DNA from: an uncultured Terracidiphilus sp.
GTDB lineage: Bacteria > Acidobacteriota > Terriglobia > Terriglobales > Acidobacteriaceae
DNA: 64,000 bases
Assembly: GCA_964645305.1 (NCBI GenBank)
Contig: CAZYCV010000003.1
Span: 33,889-97,888 of the forward strand
Direction of reading: 5' to 3'
The notes beneath the pieces were generated by a model. That model was not told the DNA's origin. It saw nothing but the letters and a program-made list of their open reading frames with translations, and searched no databases. This document shows, one piece after another, positions 1 through 10,266 of the stretch. Position 1 is the stretch's first letter, and every line of letters begins with the position of its first letter. The position numbers and the translations under genes were made by a program.

Positions 1-3000
1 GGCAACGCGCCTCCTGAAACCATGGTTTCTGTTTATACCACCGGCGCGCAATTCAACGCGGCGGCCAATGACTGGCCCATGATGTACCGGGATTCGAGTA
101 ACTCATCCGTATTGCGCAGAGTTGCCCCATCGGCCATTACGATTGCTTCCGCCGAGAATCCATCCTACGCCGGCCAATCGGTTCCAATTACTTTGACCGT
201 GGCTGCGTCTTCGAAGAGCAACAACACACCGAGCGGCGTCGTGAATCTGCTGGACGGAGCTACGAATATCGGCTCTTGCGTTTTGAAATCTGGAAGCTGC
301 ACAGTCAGTCCGGCGCTAGCTGCAGGCACTCACCATCTGATTGCGGGCTACGTCGGTGACATCAATTTCGGCGTCAGTTATTCCCAGGCACTGGCTCAGT
401 CAGTGAACGCGATTCAACTGAGCGTGACAGTTACACCCTCCTTGTCGAGCCTTACAACGGTTCAGGCATTGACGGTAACAGTCGGCGTGAGTGGCGGAGG
501 CAGCAGCCCGACGCCCACCGGTTCCGTAACTCTCTCCTGCGGGAGTTATACTTCGGCAGCTACAAAACTTAGCAACGGCAGCGCGACGATAAGCGTATCT
601 GCCGGATCATTGGCGGCGGGCACGGACACACTGAAGGCAAGCTTTACGCCGGATTCAGCCAGCACTTCGATTTACAAAAGTGGATCGGGGACCAACACGG
701 TGACGGTGTCCAAGATAACTCCAACCGTAACCGTCACACCATCCGCATCAAGCATCCTAACCACCCAAGTGTTGACGGTGACGGTTGGCGTGAGTGGCAG
801 TAGCGGCAGCCAGACGTCGAATGGCTCCGTAATTTTGACCAGCGGCAGTTACACCTCGGCGGCAAAAACACTCGCAAGCGGCAGTGCAACCGTCAGCATT
901 CCAGCCGGATCGTTGACGGCGGGCACGGACACTCTGACGGTCAGCTATACTCCCAACACGAGCAGCGCCGCAATCTATAACGGCGCATCCGGGACGAGTT
1001 CGGTCACGGTAGCTCTTCCGCCCAGCTTCACACTTTCACCCGCATCGGCGGCCTTGTCCGCGCCGATCGGCGGCAGCGCAGCCACTTCGGCAATCAGCGT
1101 GGTGGCGGCAAACGGCTTCACCGGTTCGGTCAGCTTTACGGCCTCCGGCCTACCCACCGGCGTAACCGCCAGTTTTAGCCCAACCAGCAGCACCACCTCC
1201 AGCACCGTCTCTTTGACCGCCGGAGCCACCGCCAAGCCAGGATCGTATACAGTGAAGGTCAACGGCACCTCCGGCACGCTGACCGCCTCGACAACCCTTA
1301 CAGTCGTCGTTCCAACACCCAGCTTCACGCTTTCATCCTCGGCCAGCGCGCTCAATGTGGTTGAAGGCAGCAGCGCGAGTGCAACCATCAGCATCCTGAA
1401 CCCGCAGAACTTCGGCGCGCCAGTTACTCTGTCAACCTCCGGCCTGCCCACTGGCGTTACGGCCAGCTACACTCCGGCAACAACCAACACCACTAGCAGC
1501 GTGAGCTTCTCGGCCAGCAAGAGCGCCACGCCGGGCACCTACTCTGTCAAGGTATCGGGCACTGTCGGCGGCGTCAGCAATTCGGCCACCATCAGCCTCA
1601 CCGTGCCCACACCCACCTTTACACTTTCATCCGCCTCGGCCACATTGTCGACGCCGATCGGCGGCAGCGCGGCCACTTCCGTGATCAGCGTGGTGGCGGC
1701 AAACGGCTTCACCGGATCGGTCGCCTTCACGGCCAACGGTCTGCCTACCGGCGTCACCGCCAGCTTCAGCCCCACCAGCAGCGCTACGTCCAGCACGGTC
1801 TCTTTGAAGGCTGGGTCAACCGCCTTGCCCGGATCGTACTCAATCAACCTCAAAGGCACTTCCGGTTCACTGACCGCATCGACAACCATCACCGTCACGG
1901 TCCCAACGCCCAGCTTCACCCTCTCCTCCTCGGCCAGCACGCTCAATGTGGTGGAAGGCAGCAGCGCGAGCGCATCCATCAACGTCCTCAACCCGCAGAA
2001 CTTCGGCGGAACGGTACCCCTGTCAGCCTCCGGCTTGCCTACCGGCGTTACCGCGGCCTTCACTGCGGCCACCGCCAGCGCTGCCAGCACCGTCAAGTTT
2101 TCGGCCAACAGCAGCGCCACACCGGGCACGTATTCCGTCAATATCAACGGCACTGTCGGCGGCGTTACCAATTCAGTATCCATCAGCCTCATCGTACCCA
2201 CGCCGAGCTTCGCAATCTCGTCCGCATCCGCCACTTTGTCGACACCCATCGGAGGCAGCGCGGCAGCTTCCAAGATCAGCGTGGCCGCCACCAATGGCTT
2301 TGTCGGTTCCGTCGGCTTCACCGCCTCCGGCCTACCCACCGGCCTCACCGCCAGCTTCAGCCCCACCAGCAGCTCCACTGCCACCACCGTCTCTTTGAAG
2401 GCTGCGGCAACCGCCACTCCGGGATCGTACACAATAACAGTCACCGGAACCTCTGGTTCACTGACCGCGACGACAACCATCACCGTCACGGTTCCGACGC
2501 CCAGCTTCACCCTCTCCTCCTCGGCCAGCACTCTTAATGCCGCTGAAGGCGGAAGCGCCAGCGCAACCATCAGCGTTCTCAACTCGCAGAATTTCAACAC
2601 GCCGGTCACACTGGCAGTCACCGGTCTACCCACCGGCGTCACTGCCACCTTCAGTCCGGCCACCACCGCAACTACCAGCACCGTTAAATTCTCGACCAGC
2701 ACAAGCGCCACACCCGGCACTTATTCTGTGAGTATCAGCGGCAGCGTTGGCGGCGTCACCAATTCGGCATCCATCAGTCTCACCGTTCCGACGCCGAGTT
2801 TCACGCTATCGTCTGCATCGACCACCTTGTCGGCGCAGATCGGTGGCAACGCCGCAGCTTCCAAGATCAGCGTGGCTCCGATCTACGGCTTTGCCAGTTC
2901 GGTCAGCTTCACCGCCTCCGGCCTGCCCACCGGCCTCACTGCCAGCTTCAGCCCCGCCAGCAGTACAACGTCCAGCATCGTTTCATTGACGGCTGGATCC

Positions 3001-3177
3001 ACCACCACGCCGGGATCCTACCAAGTGACCATCACCGGAACCTCAGGTACTCTAACCGCCACCAAGACGATCACCGTCAACGTGCCGACACCGAATACCA
3101 AGCACTCCTCTTCGGTCAGCCAGTCCGGTATATCCACCCGGACGACAGCCGCCAACCGCCAGACCACAAATAACTGA
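1..3177 (+). CDS. Large Ser/Thr-rich surface protein, 5'-truncated by the window: Ig-like (Big-type) domains followed by 7 tandem ~98-aa beta-sandwich repeats
   Basis: Frame is open from base 1. WPMMYRD motif resembles the end of FG-GAP/VCBS regions; YxGDxNF Ig-like motif; repeats 'PSFTLS...SGLPTGVTASF...PGxY' start at 1021, 1318, 1612, 1909, 2203, 2500, 2794. Confidence 0.85.
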   Translation, partial: GNAPPETMVSVYTTGAQFNAAANDWPMMYRDSSNSSVLRRVAPSAITIASAENPSYAGQSVPITLTVAASSKSNNTPSGVVNLLDGATNIGSCVLKSGSCTVSPALAAGTHHLIAGYVGDINFGVSYSQALAQSVNAIQLSVTVTPSLSSLTTVQALTVTVGVSGGGSSPTPTGSVTLSCGSYTSAATKLSNGSATISVSAGSLAAGTDTLKASFTPDSASTSIYKSGSGTNTVTVSKITPTVTVTPSASSILTTQVLTVTVGVSGSSGSQTSNGSVILTSGSYTSAAKTLASGSATVSIPAGSLTAGTDTLTVSYTPNTSSAAIYNGASGTSSVTVALPPSFTLSPASAALSAPIGGSAATSAISVVAANGFTGSVSFTASGLPTGVTASFSPTSSTTSSTVSLTAGATAKPGSYTVKVNGTSGTLTASTTLTVVVPTPSFTLSSSASALNVVEGSSASATISILNPQNFGAPVTLSTSGLPTGVTASYTPATTNTTSSVSFSASKSATPGTYSVKVSGTVGGVSNSATISLTVPTPTFTLSSASATLSTPIGGSAATSVISVVAANGFTGSVAFTANGLPTGVTASFSPTSSATSSTVSLKAGSTALPGSYSINLKGTSGSLTASTTITVTVPTPSFTLSSSASTLNVVEGSSASASINVLNPQNFGGTVPLSASGLPTGVTAAFTAATASAASTVKFSANSSATPGTYSVNINGTVGGVTNSVSISLIVPTPSFAISSASATLSTPIGGSAAASKISVAATNGFVGSVGFTASGLPTGLTASFSPTSSSTATTVSLKAAATATPGSYTITVTGTSGSLTATTTITVTVPTPSFTLSSSASTLNAAEGGSASATISVLNSQNFNTPVTLAVTGLPTGVTATFSPATTATTSTVKFSTSTSATPGTYSVSISGSVGGVTNSASISLTVPTPSFTLSSASTTLSAQIGGNAAASKISVAPIYGFASSVSFTASGLPTGLTASFSPASSTTSSIVSLTAGSTTTPGSYQVTITGTSGTLTATKTITVNVPTPNTKHSSSVSQSGISTRTTAANRQTTNN

Positions 3178-3231
3178 TTCTGCATACCATCACGGAGTCT
3201 CTTGACGTTGATTTGATCCAGCCAGGAAAAT

Positions 3232-3289
3232 GCGCCACCTTTACCCATTCCACAAAACACGGAATAGGCTGAGGTGGCGCTTCAACTTT
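3232..3289 (+). terminator. Probable terminator hairpin
   Basis: GCGCCACCT...AGGTGGCGC inverted repeat followed by T-rich bases, after the stop at 3177. Confidence 0.5.
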
Positions 3290-3486
3290 GAGCCTGATTC
3301 ATGGACTCAAAATATCTCCCATACTCGGAATTGCAGATCTTCAAAGTTGAATCTTGAGGAGACGAACTCCGCGCGGCTCGGCGGAAGAGCACTCATCTTC
3401 GGAGAGTAGCCAGTCAATTCCCGGAGAGTCAGGCGAATTCGGAAGTGCGAAAAGACTTCGCCCCATGATCTTTTCACTCTTTTTCA

Positions 3487-3515
3487 TTGAATTCCTTATC
3501 GTTTTGGCCTATGCT
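3487..3515 (+). promoter_or_regulatory. Sigma70-like promoter of rimP-nusA-infB
   Basis: TTGAAT-17 bp-TATGCT. Confidence 0.55.
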
Positions 3516-3575
3516 AAGGATGCAGACGAATTTGTCCGCCTGAGTTGCCGTGATTACGCCGGCTGGCGGAGAGAT

Positions 3576-3604
3576 GAGTGGGCTTACAGCCCACTTTTTA
3601 TTTG
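3576..3604 (+). promoter_or_regulatory. rimP-leader attenuator/terminator hairpin
   Basis: AGTGGGC-TTACA-GCCCACT followed by TTTTATTT upstream of rimP; matches the GGGC..GCCC terminator described for rimP leaders. Confidence 0.75.
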
Positions 3605-3702
3605 CGGAAAATTCCTTGGTTTTTCAGGGCATTTTCCTCGGTTTTTGCAGGAGATGATGCCTCGGTGGGCGAGTTTTGCTCCTTCGGAGGCGCAAGGGAA
3701 CG

Positions 3703-4377
3703 ATGGCAGTCAAGCTGGAAGAAATCCGGAAGGCGGCGGCTCGCGTGGCAGCCTCGCACGGGCTGGACTTGGTGGAGATCGAGTTCGTTGGCCCTGCGAA
3801 GGAGCGCACGCTGCGCGTTTATCTGGAGAAGAACGCCGAAGGGCGCGCCAAATTGAAGGCGGCTCTGGAGGCGGAGAGCGAAGACGGCGAGTTGCCTGAA
3901 CGGCTGATTCAAGAGACGCGTGCCGGTAAGCTGCACGCGGAGCAACTTTCCGGGATTACGCACGAGGATTGCGCGGCCTTCAGCCGGGATTTTGGCGTGC
4001 TGCTGGATGTGGAAGATTTGGTTGCAGGCGCGGAGTACACGCTGGAAGCGAGCAGTCCAGGGCTGGATAGAAAGCTGACCAGGCCGGAGGATTATCAACG
4101 ATTTGCGGGAAGTTTGGTGAAGGTGCAGACCTTTGAGCCGATCCGCAACAACCGGCACTGGTTGGGAAGGTTGTTGGATTCCCCAGTCTCAGAATCGAGA
4201 CCGGGGGCACCCGACTTAATCTCCCATATCCGAGAATCCGGACCTGGGGCACCCAGGCTGATTACGCTGGACCTGAACGCGGTCAAGCAGAACAGCAAGA
4301 GCCGGAAGGCCGGCGTGAGCACGGTGGAAATTGCGCTGGAGAACATTGAGAAGGCGCAGTTAGTGCCGGAGATTTGA
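3703..4377 (+). CDS. rimP: Ribosome maturation factor RimP (carries an in-frame repeat insertion)
   Basis: LRVYLEK, GITHEDC, YTLEASSPGLDRKL motifs; first gene of the nusA-infB operon; ATG at 3703. Confidence 0.95.
   Translation: MAVKLEEIRKAAARVAASHGLDLVEIEFVGPAKERTLRVYLEKNAEGRAKLKAALEAESEDGELPERLIQETRAGKLHAEQLSGITHEDCAAFSRDFGVLLDVEDLVAGAEYTLEASSPGLDRKLTRPEDYQRFAGSLVKVQTFEPIRNNRHWLGRLLDSPVSESRPGAPDLISHIRESGPGAPRLITLDLNAVKQNSKSRKAGVSTVEIALENIEKAQLVPEI
4181..4254 (-). repeat. Two tandem family-A REP-like palindromes inside rimP
   Basis: Reverse complements GGGTGCCCCCGGTCTCGATTCTGAGACTGGGG and GGGTGCCCCAGGTCCGGATTCTCGGATATGGGA match intergenic copies at 16802 and 49404. Confidence 0.85.
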
Positions 4378-4378
4378 T

Positions 4379-4401
4379 AGGGACTAGGGACTGAGGGACT
4401 A
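4379..4401 (+). repeat. Heptamer tandem tract (AGGGACT)n
   Basis: agggact agggact g agggact directly after the rimP stop. Confidence 0.6.
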
Positions 4402-4488
4402 GGCTCTAAGTTCATGGAAGTGAAAACAGCAACCGGCTAGGACGTGAATCGCCACTGGCCGAGAGAATACAGAGAGAGCAAGCAAAGT

Positions 4489-6060
4489 ATGGCCAGCGTT
4501 TTGTATCAGACTATCGAGCTTTTGAGTCAGGAAAAGAGCATTGACCCCGCGATTGTTGTGAGCGCGGTCGAGGAGGCCATCGCCCTGGCCACGCGCAAGT
4601 TTTACAAGACTCAGGAGAATATGCGCGGCGAGCTGGACAAAGAGAGCGGCGCGATTCTGGCCTACATTTACAAGACCGTGGTAGCCGACGATGATCCTCT
4701 CGAAGACCCGCTGAACCAGATCACGCTGACCGCGGCCAAGGAGCTGGCGCCGGATGTGGAGGTGGGCAGCGAAATCCGCACGTATAAGGATACGACGCCG
4801 CTGGGGCGCATTGCCGCGCAACTGGCCAAGCAGGTGATCTTCCAGAAGGTGCGCGAGGCCGAGCGCGATACGGTCTTCCAGGAGTATGCGCATCGTGAGA
4901 AGGAAGTGCTGAACGCCACGGTGAAGCGCATCGAAGGTCAGGATGTGATCTACGACCTGGGCAAGGCCGAGGCGCGCTGCCCCAAGCGGGAGCAGTCGCG
5001 GCTGGAGCAGTTCACCATCGGCGAGCGGGTGCGCGTGGTGTTGCTCAAGGTGGATCGCGCCGCCAAGGGGCCGCAGGTGATTGTGAGTCGCGCCGCGCCG
5101 GAGCTGGTTTCCAATCTCTTTCAGTCCGAAGTCCCGGAGATCTACGACAACACGGTGGTGATCAAAGCGATTGCCCGCGAGGCCGGCGAGCGCACCAAGA
5201 TTGCCGTCCAGAGCCGCGACAAGGACGTGGACCCGGTGGGCGCCTGCGTGGGCATGAAGGGTATGCGCGTGCAGTCGATCATCCGCGAGTTGCGCGGCGA
5301 AAAGATCGACATCATCGAATTCAGCGAAGAGATCACCACCTTTGCCGAGAAGGCTTTGCAGCCGGCCAAGGTGAGCCGCGTTTCAATTGCGGACCTGGGC
5401 GAAAAGCAGCTTGAAGTGATTGTGGACGATACGCAACTGTCGCTGGCCATTGGCAAAAAGGGCCAGAATGTGCGGCTGGCGGCCAAGCTGTTGGGCTGGA
5501 AGATCGACATCAAGAGCGAAGAGGAGAAGCGGCAAGAGGTTGAGCAGCAGATGCAGGCCTTCTCCGGCGGTCCTTCGACGCCGATTGAGCAGGTGAGTGA
5601 GCTGGGCGAAGGCATCATTCAGAAGCTGGTGGCCGCAGGCATCACAACGGTCGAGACGCTGGCAGACATGACTCCCGAACAGCTCGAGGAGATTCCCGGC
5701 ATCGGCGAAAAGACGCTGGAGAAGATCAGTGTTGCCGTGCGCCATTACTTTGGCCAGTTTGAAGAGGGCGAGGCCGGCAACGCGCCTGAGGCTGTCGAGA
5801 CCGAGGGCAGTGAGCACTCTGCCACCGAAGTCGAGCGGGAGGCCGTTCTGGCTACCGACGAAGCGGAAGCGGAGAATGACGCCTCGGTGCTCACGGAATT
5901 GCAAAATGTCAGCGCCGTAGAAGAGTCGGAAGGCGAAGGCTCACAAGGAGAATCGGCTGAAGCGCATGAAGAAGAAGCACAAGATGCGCAACAGTCGCTG
6001 CTGGATAAGATTGAAAGCGCAACCACGGACGAAGAAGCTGTCAACGAGGAAGGCGCGTAG
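4489..6060 (+). CDS. nusA: Transcription termination/antitermination factor NusA
   Basis: GRIAAQLAKQVI, REAGERTKIAV, DPVGACVGMKG, LAIGKKGQNVRLA; HhH repeat and acidic tail. Confidence 0.98.
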   Translation: MASVLYQTIELLSQEKSIDPAIVVSAVEEAIALATRKFYKTQENMRGELDKESGAILAYIYKTVVADDDPLEDPLNQITLTAAKELAPDVEVGSEIRTYKDTTPLGRIAAQLAKQVIFQKVREAERDTVFQEYAHREKEVLNATVKRIEGQDVIYDLGKAEARCPKREQSRLEQFTIGERVRVVLLKVDRAAKGPQVIVSRAAPELVSNLFQSEVPEIYDNTVVIKAIAREAGERTKIAVQSRDKDVDPVGACVGMKGMRVQSIIRELRGEKIDIIEFSEEITTFAEKALQPAKVSRVSIADLGEKQLEVIVDDTQLSLAIGKKGQNVRLAAKLLGWKIDIKSEEEKRQEVEQQMQAFSGGPSTPIEQVSELGEGIIQKLVAAGITTVETLADMTPEQLEEIPGIGEKTLEKISVAVRHYFGQFEEGEAGNAPEAVETEGSEHSATEVEREAVLATDEAEAENDASVLTELQNVSAVEESEGEGSQGESAEAHEEEAQDAQQSLLDKIESATTDEEAVNEEGA

Positions 6061-6178
6061 CATGCGCCGCCCATTCGCAGCCCATTCAGGTCACCACAGT
6101 ATGTTGAAACCCAACCAATGCCATGAGGTAGCTATGAGCGACTAAGGGCTTTGGAAAGTAAAATTTGAAAAGAGGCGG

Positions 6179-9100
6179 ATGAGTAAGGTTCGGATCAACG
6201 ATCTCGCGCGCGAGATGGAAGTTAAAAGCCGGCAGATTCTGGATATATTGACGGAGCTCGGCATGGGCGCCGGCAAGACGCACTCTAGTTCTCTGGAGGG
6301 GTATGAGGCCGACAAGGTACGCGCGCATTTAGAGCGCGGATCGCGGTCCGCAAGCCAATCGGGTTCGTCGGCTTCGCGCGCTCCGCAGGGCATTGCGCCC
6401 AAGATTGATCTCTCGCATATCTCCAAGCCCGGCGATGTGCTGAAGGCCATTCTGGCCAAAAAGCAGGAGCAGGAAGCAGAAGCGCGGCAGAGCCACTTGC
6501 CGCAGCGTCCTGTGGTTACGCCGCCAGCGCCCACCTCAGTTCAGCCGCCGCCCAGGGTTTTTGTCGCGCAGCCGCCGGTTGTGCCGGCCCGGCCAGAGCC
6601 GCGCAAGATCGTTCCACTTCCGCGTTCCGCGCCGCCGATCATCGCTCCTCCGCCGACTCCTCCGGCCATTGCCTCTCGTCCGCCTGCGGGGGCCGTTGTA
6701 GCCAAGGCTCCGGTGGGCTCTTCCGCAGCTCCGCGTCCGGCCGTCGCTGTTGTGCCTCCCCCAGTTGCCGTGGTGGTCAAGCCGCCGGTTGCTCCCGTTG
6801 TTCGTGAAGTGCCACAGCCGGTGGTCGAGCCGATCGTGGTGGTCAAGCCGCCGGCCGCGCCAGTTGCAGTGGCGACCGTTTCTGCGCCGGAGGTTGCAGC
6901 CCCCGTCGCGCCTCCTGCGCCGGTTGAAGCGCCCCCTGCGCCTGAAGTTGTGATTGCCGCCGTGCCCGTTTCAGAGCCGGTTGCCAAAGCTCCTTCGCCC
7001 GCTGTTGAAGCGCCCGTTGAGCCCGCGCCTGCGCCTCCAGTTGTCGCAGCCGAGCCCGCGCCGGCCCTCCCAGGTGTGCAGCCTCAACCCGCCCATCGCA
7101 CCAAGGGCCACACGCATACGCCGTCGCCCACTCCGGCTCTGCCCGCACGGCGCATGGTGATGCCTCAGACCGGACCCCGTCCGGTTTACAAGGCGCCCGT
7201 CGTGGTTCCCACGGTTCCCGCGCCCAACACCGGAATTGCCGCCGGTGGCATTCAGCGCGGCCGTCCGATCTTTGACCGCAACCGGCCGTCGAGCGGCCCC
7301 GGCTCTTATCCGCAGCGTTCCTCCGGTGGCGCACCGGGCGCGCCCGGACAATTCCCCGGCGGACCACGCCCCAAGCATCCCACCCGCACCACTCCCGGCG
7401 GCTATGCCCCGGCTGGCGGCGGTTATGGCGGCGCAGCGGGTTCCGGCGCACCAGGCGCCCGTCCTGGATTTGGCGCTCGTCCGGGCTTTGGACCACCGCG
7501 CCCCGGCGGCCCACCGCGTCCGGGCGGCGGCGCGCCACCCACCGGCGAAGCACCCCGTCCGCAACGCGCCCCATCGCGCGGCCGCGGCGGTCGTCAACAG
7601 CAGTACCCCAAGACGAAGGAAGGCCCAATGAAGGGCTTTGTGCCGCCGCCACGTTATGGCGGGGTGCATTACAGCACGGAGCCGCTTCCGATCACCCGCG
7701 AGATTACCGTCACCGAGGGCATCAGCGTCAAGGATCTGGCGGAGAAGCTGGAAGTCCGCGCCAAGGATCTGATTGCCACGCTGCTCATGCAGGGTGTCTT
7801 TGTCACCGTCAATCAGTCTCTGGATGCGGAGATGGTCAAGGATGTGGCCGCCAAATTCGGCGCCGCCGCCACGGTCATCAGCTACGAAGAAGAGCTAGCC
7901 AATCAGTCCATTGAAGAGGTTCTGGAGGCCGACAACACCGAAGAGCTGGAGGTTCCCCGTTCGCCGGTGGTTACCGTCATGGGCCACGTCGATCACGGCA
8001 AGACCTCGCTGCTGGACGCCATCCGCGAGACCGACGTAGCGGCGGGCGAGGCCGGCGGCATCACCCAGCACATCGGCGCATACAAGGTAAAGTTTGCCAA
8101 GGAAGGCTCTCCGGCAAACGGTCGCGAGATCGTCTTCCTGGATACGCCCGGTCACGAAGCCTTCACTCGCATGAGAGCCCGCGGAGCCAAGGTCACTGAC
8201 ATTGTGGTGATCGTGGTTGCCGCCGACGACGGCGTGATGCCTCAGACTCTTGAGGCCATCGACCACGCCAAGGCCGCCGGCGTTCCGATCATCGTTGCCG
8301 TCAACAAGATCGACAAGCCCAACGCCGATCCAGACCGGGTGCAGAAGCAGATGGCGGATCGCGGCCTGGTTCCAGACGATTGGGGCGGCGACACTCCTTA
8401 CGTCAAGGTTTCAGCCAAGAAGCGTCTGAATCTCGACGGATTGCTGGAGATGATCTGCCTGGTTTCAGACGTCAAGGCTCCCAAGGCAACCCCCGGCCGC
8501 AAGGCCGTCGGCTCGGTCCTGGAGGCCAAGCTGGATCGCGGTCGCGGCGCAGTGGCCACCGTCCTGGTTCAGGATGGAACCCTGCACATCAACGACTCTT
8601 ATATCGTCGGCAACACCTTCGGCAAAGTCCGCGCCATGTTTGATGATCGCGGACGCGCCATCGAGGAAGCCGGCCCATCCACCCCGGTCGAAGTCCTCGG
8701 CCTGGAAGCCATGCCGGATTCCGGCGACACCTTCCTGGTGGTTGCCGACCGCGACAAGGCCAAGGGCATTGCTCAATATCGCAAGATGAAGGAGCGCGAC
8801 GCGCAGTTGGCGAAGAACTCCCGCGTCTCGCTGGAAGGCCTGGCCGAGCAGATTCGCACCGCCGGCGTCAAGGATCTGCCGCTGATCATCAAGGGCGACG
8901 TGACTGGATCGGTGGAAGTGCTGTGCGACTCGCTGGTTCTCAAGTCCACCGAGAAGGTGCGCGTCAAGGTCATCCACTCGGGCGTCGGTTCCATTACCGA
9001 AAGCGACGTGCTGCTGGCTACGGCCTCGAATGCCATCATCATCGGCTTCAACGTCCGCCCGGAGCGCAAAGCCGCCGAACTGGCGCAACAAGAGAATGTG

Positions 9101-9505
9101 CAGATTCGCCTGCACTCGATCATCTACGAACTGCAGGACGAGATGCAGTTGGCGATGCTCGGACTGCTCGATCCGACCTTCAAGGAGAACTACTCCGGCC
9201 GCGCGGAAGTTTTGCAAGTCTTCCGCATTCCCAAGGTTGGCACCATTGCCGGTTGCCGCGTGCAAGACGGCGTCATCCGGCGCGACGCGGAGGTCAAGGT
9301 CACCCGCGACGGCGAACAGATCTTCAAGGGCAAGATCAACTCGCTCAAGCGGGTCAAGGACGATGTCCGCGAAGTCACCAACGGCATGGAATGTGGCATC
9401 GGTTTGGGCAACTTCAACGACCTCAAGGAAGGCGATCTGATTGAAGCCTTCTCCACCGAGAAGCTGGCCGCCGACCTGGGCGCGCTGACCTCCGCCAAGG
9501 CATAA
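6179..9505 (+). CDS. infB: Translation initiation factor IF-2
   Basis: [20 protein letters not shown] GTPase motifs; long Pro/Ala-rich N-terminal linker. Confidence 0.99.
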   Translation: MSKVRINDLAREMEVKSRQILDILTELGMGAGKTHSSSLEGYEADKVRAHLERGSRSASQSGSSASRAPQGIAPKIDLSHISKPGDVLKAILAKKQEQEAEARQSHLPQRPVVTPPAPTSVQPPPRVFVAQPPVVPARPEPRKIVPLPRSAPPIIAPPPTPPAIASRPPAGAVVAKAPVGSSAAPRPAVAVVPPPVAVVVKPPVAPVVREVPQPVVEPIVVVKPPAAPVAVATVSAPEVAAPVAPPAPVEAPPAPEVVIAAVPVSEPVAKAPSPAVEAPVEPAPAPPVVAAEPAPALPGVQPQPAHRTKGHTHTPSPTPALPARRMVMPQTGPRPVYKAPVVVPTVPAPNTGIAAGGIQRGRPIFDRNRPSSGPGSYPQRSSGGAPGAPGQFPGGPRPKHPTRTTPGGYAPAGGGYGGAAGSGAPGARPGFGARPGFGPPRPGGPPRPGGGAPPTGEAPRPQRAPSRGRGGRQQQYPKTKEGPMKGFVPPPRYGGVHYSTEPLPITREITVTEGISVKDLAEKLEVRAKDLIATLLMQGVFVTVNQSLDAEMVKDVAAKFGAAATVISYEEELANQSIEEVLEADNTEELEVPRSPVVTVMGHVDHGKTSLLDAIRETDVAAGEAGGITQHIGAYKVKFAKEGSPANGREIVFLDTPGHEAFTRMRARGAKVTDIVVIVVAADDGVMPQTLEAIDHAKAAGVPIIVAVNKIDKPNADPDRVQKQMADRGLVPDDWGGDTPYVKVSAKKRLNLDGLLEMICLVSDVKAPKATPGRKAVGSVLEAKLDRGRGAVATVLVQDGTLHINDSYIVGNTFGKVRAMFDDRGRAIEEAGPSTPVEVLGLEAMPDSGDTFLVVADRDKAKGIAQYRKMKERDAQLAKNSRVSLEGLAEQIRTAGVKDLPLIIKGDVTGSVEVLCDSLVLKSTEKVRVKVIHSGVGSITESDVLLATASNAIIIGFNVRPERKAAELAQQENVQIRLHSIIYELQDEMQLAMLGLLDPTFKENYSGRAEVLQVFRIPKVGTIAGCRVQDGVIRRDAEVKVTRDGEQIFKGKINSLKRVKDDVREVTNGMECGIGLGNFNDLKEGDLIEAFSTEKLAADLGALTSAKA

Positions 9506-9565
9506 CTCACAACCGGAACCAAGACAAACCGGCCCGCTTCTCACGACGAGAAGCTGGCCGGTTTG
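9479..9565 (+). repeat. 87-bp direct repeat, left copy: last infB codons, stop and terminator
   Basis: Aligns ungapped to 10141-10227 with 7 mismatches by manual count; contains hairpin CAAACCGGCCCGCTTCTC...GAGAAGCTGGCCGGTTTG. Confidence 0.92.
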
Positions 9566-9655
9566 TCATTTTGAGACAGACAATATCCTTAGGGAAACTA
9601 GCTGTCCGGCTTCTTTTTGATTGCTTTCGCTCGCGTTGTCTCCTATGCTCAATAC

Positions 9656-9874
9656 ATGGAAATCCTCACCCAGGACGAGCTTGCGCGGCTGACTCCACCC
9701 GAGCGCCTGACGTTAATCTCGCAGCTTTGGGACAGCCTTGAAGACGACCATCTTCCACTGACAGCCGTGCAGCGGGGGGAACTTGACCGCCGCCTTGCAA
9801 CACTCGACGAAGACCGCCGCATGGGTATCACCTGGATGGCTTTGAAGGCCGAGCTTGAGCTGCGTTGCCCATAA
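9656..9874 (+). CDS. Addiction-module antitoxin component (ParD-like partner of RelE/ParE)
   Basis: LTPPERLTLISQLWDSL...ELDRRL..W pattern; TTGCTT-17-TATGCT lies 6 nt before the ATG. Confidence 0.85.
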   Translation: MEILTQDELARLTPPERLTLISQLWDSLEDDHLPLTAVQRGELDRRLATLDEDRRMGITWMALKAELELRCP

Positions 9875-10031
9875 TGTTTCCAGTTATCTTTACTCCGCAG
9901 GCCCGCGCCGCGCCCTGCTTCGCCACTTTCCCTATGCACTCATCTTCGTCATCGAGGCTGACGAAACGCTCGTTGTCATCGCTTGCTTCCACGGCAGCCG
10001 CGATCCGGCGCTCTGGCAACAACGGACCTAG
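9874..10031 (+). pseudogene. RelE/ParE-family toxin with an internal frameshifting deletion
   Basis: N-terminus MFPVIFTPQARA is joined out of frame to RALLRHFPYALIFVIEADETLVVIACFHGSRDPALWQQRT*; the middle of the domain is absent. Confidence 0.85.
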
Positions 10032-10140
10032 CTTCGGGCGGTGAGTCCCCATTTCGATTCCGATTTCAAATCGACAGAACCCCTGGCTTCGTTTTTATTG
10101 GGTTACATCAGATGCGATTGAGATTCCGCGCATCTTCCAT

Positions 10141-10227
10141 GGCGCCCTGACCTCCGCCAAGGCATAACTCACAACCGGAAACCCAACAAACCGGCCCGCT
10201 TCTCACGACGAGTAGCGGGCCGGTTTG
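10141..10227 (+). repeat. 87-bp direct repeat, right copy of the infB 3' end and terminator
   Basis: GGCGCCCTGACCTCCGCCAAGGCATAACTCACAACCGGAA...CCGGTTTG. Confidence 0.92.
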
Positions 10228-10266
10228 GTCAGAGAATTGACTATGATCGCAATGAGTTTGCTTCTG

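Noticed and set aside
975..2720. Long Val/Ala-rich minus-strand ORFs over the repeat protein, and similar antisense ORFs over infB, the RND genes and the lactonase
   Set aside because: Stop-poor shadow frames of GC-rich genes, with no motifs or RBS.
1021..3090. Repeats as a DGR template/variable pair or a shufflon
   Set aside because: The repeats are in-frame domain duplications; no reverse transcriptase or invertase is present and no adenine-specific variation is evident.
6500..7600. Very long Pro/Ala/Gly-rich region of IF-2
   Set aside because: Variable low-complexity N-terminal linkers are normal for IF-2.
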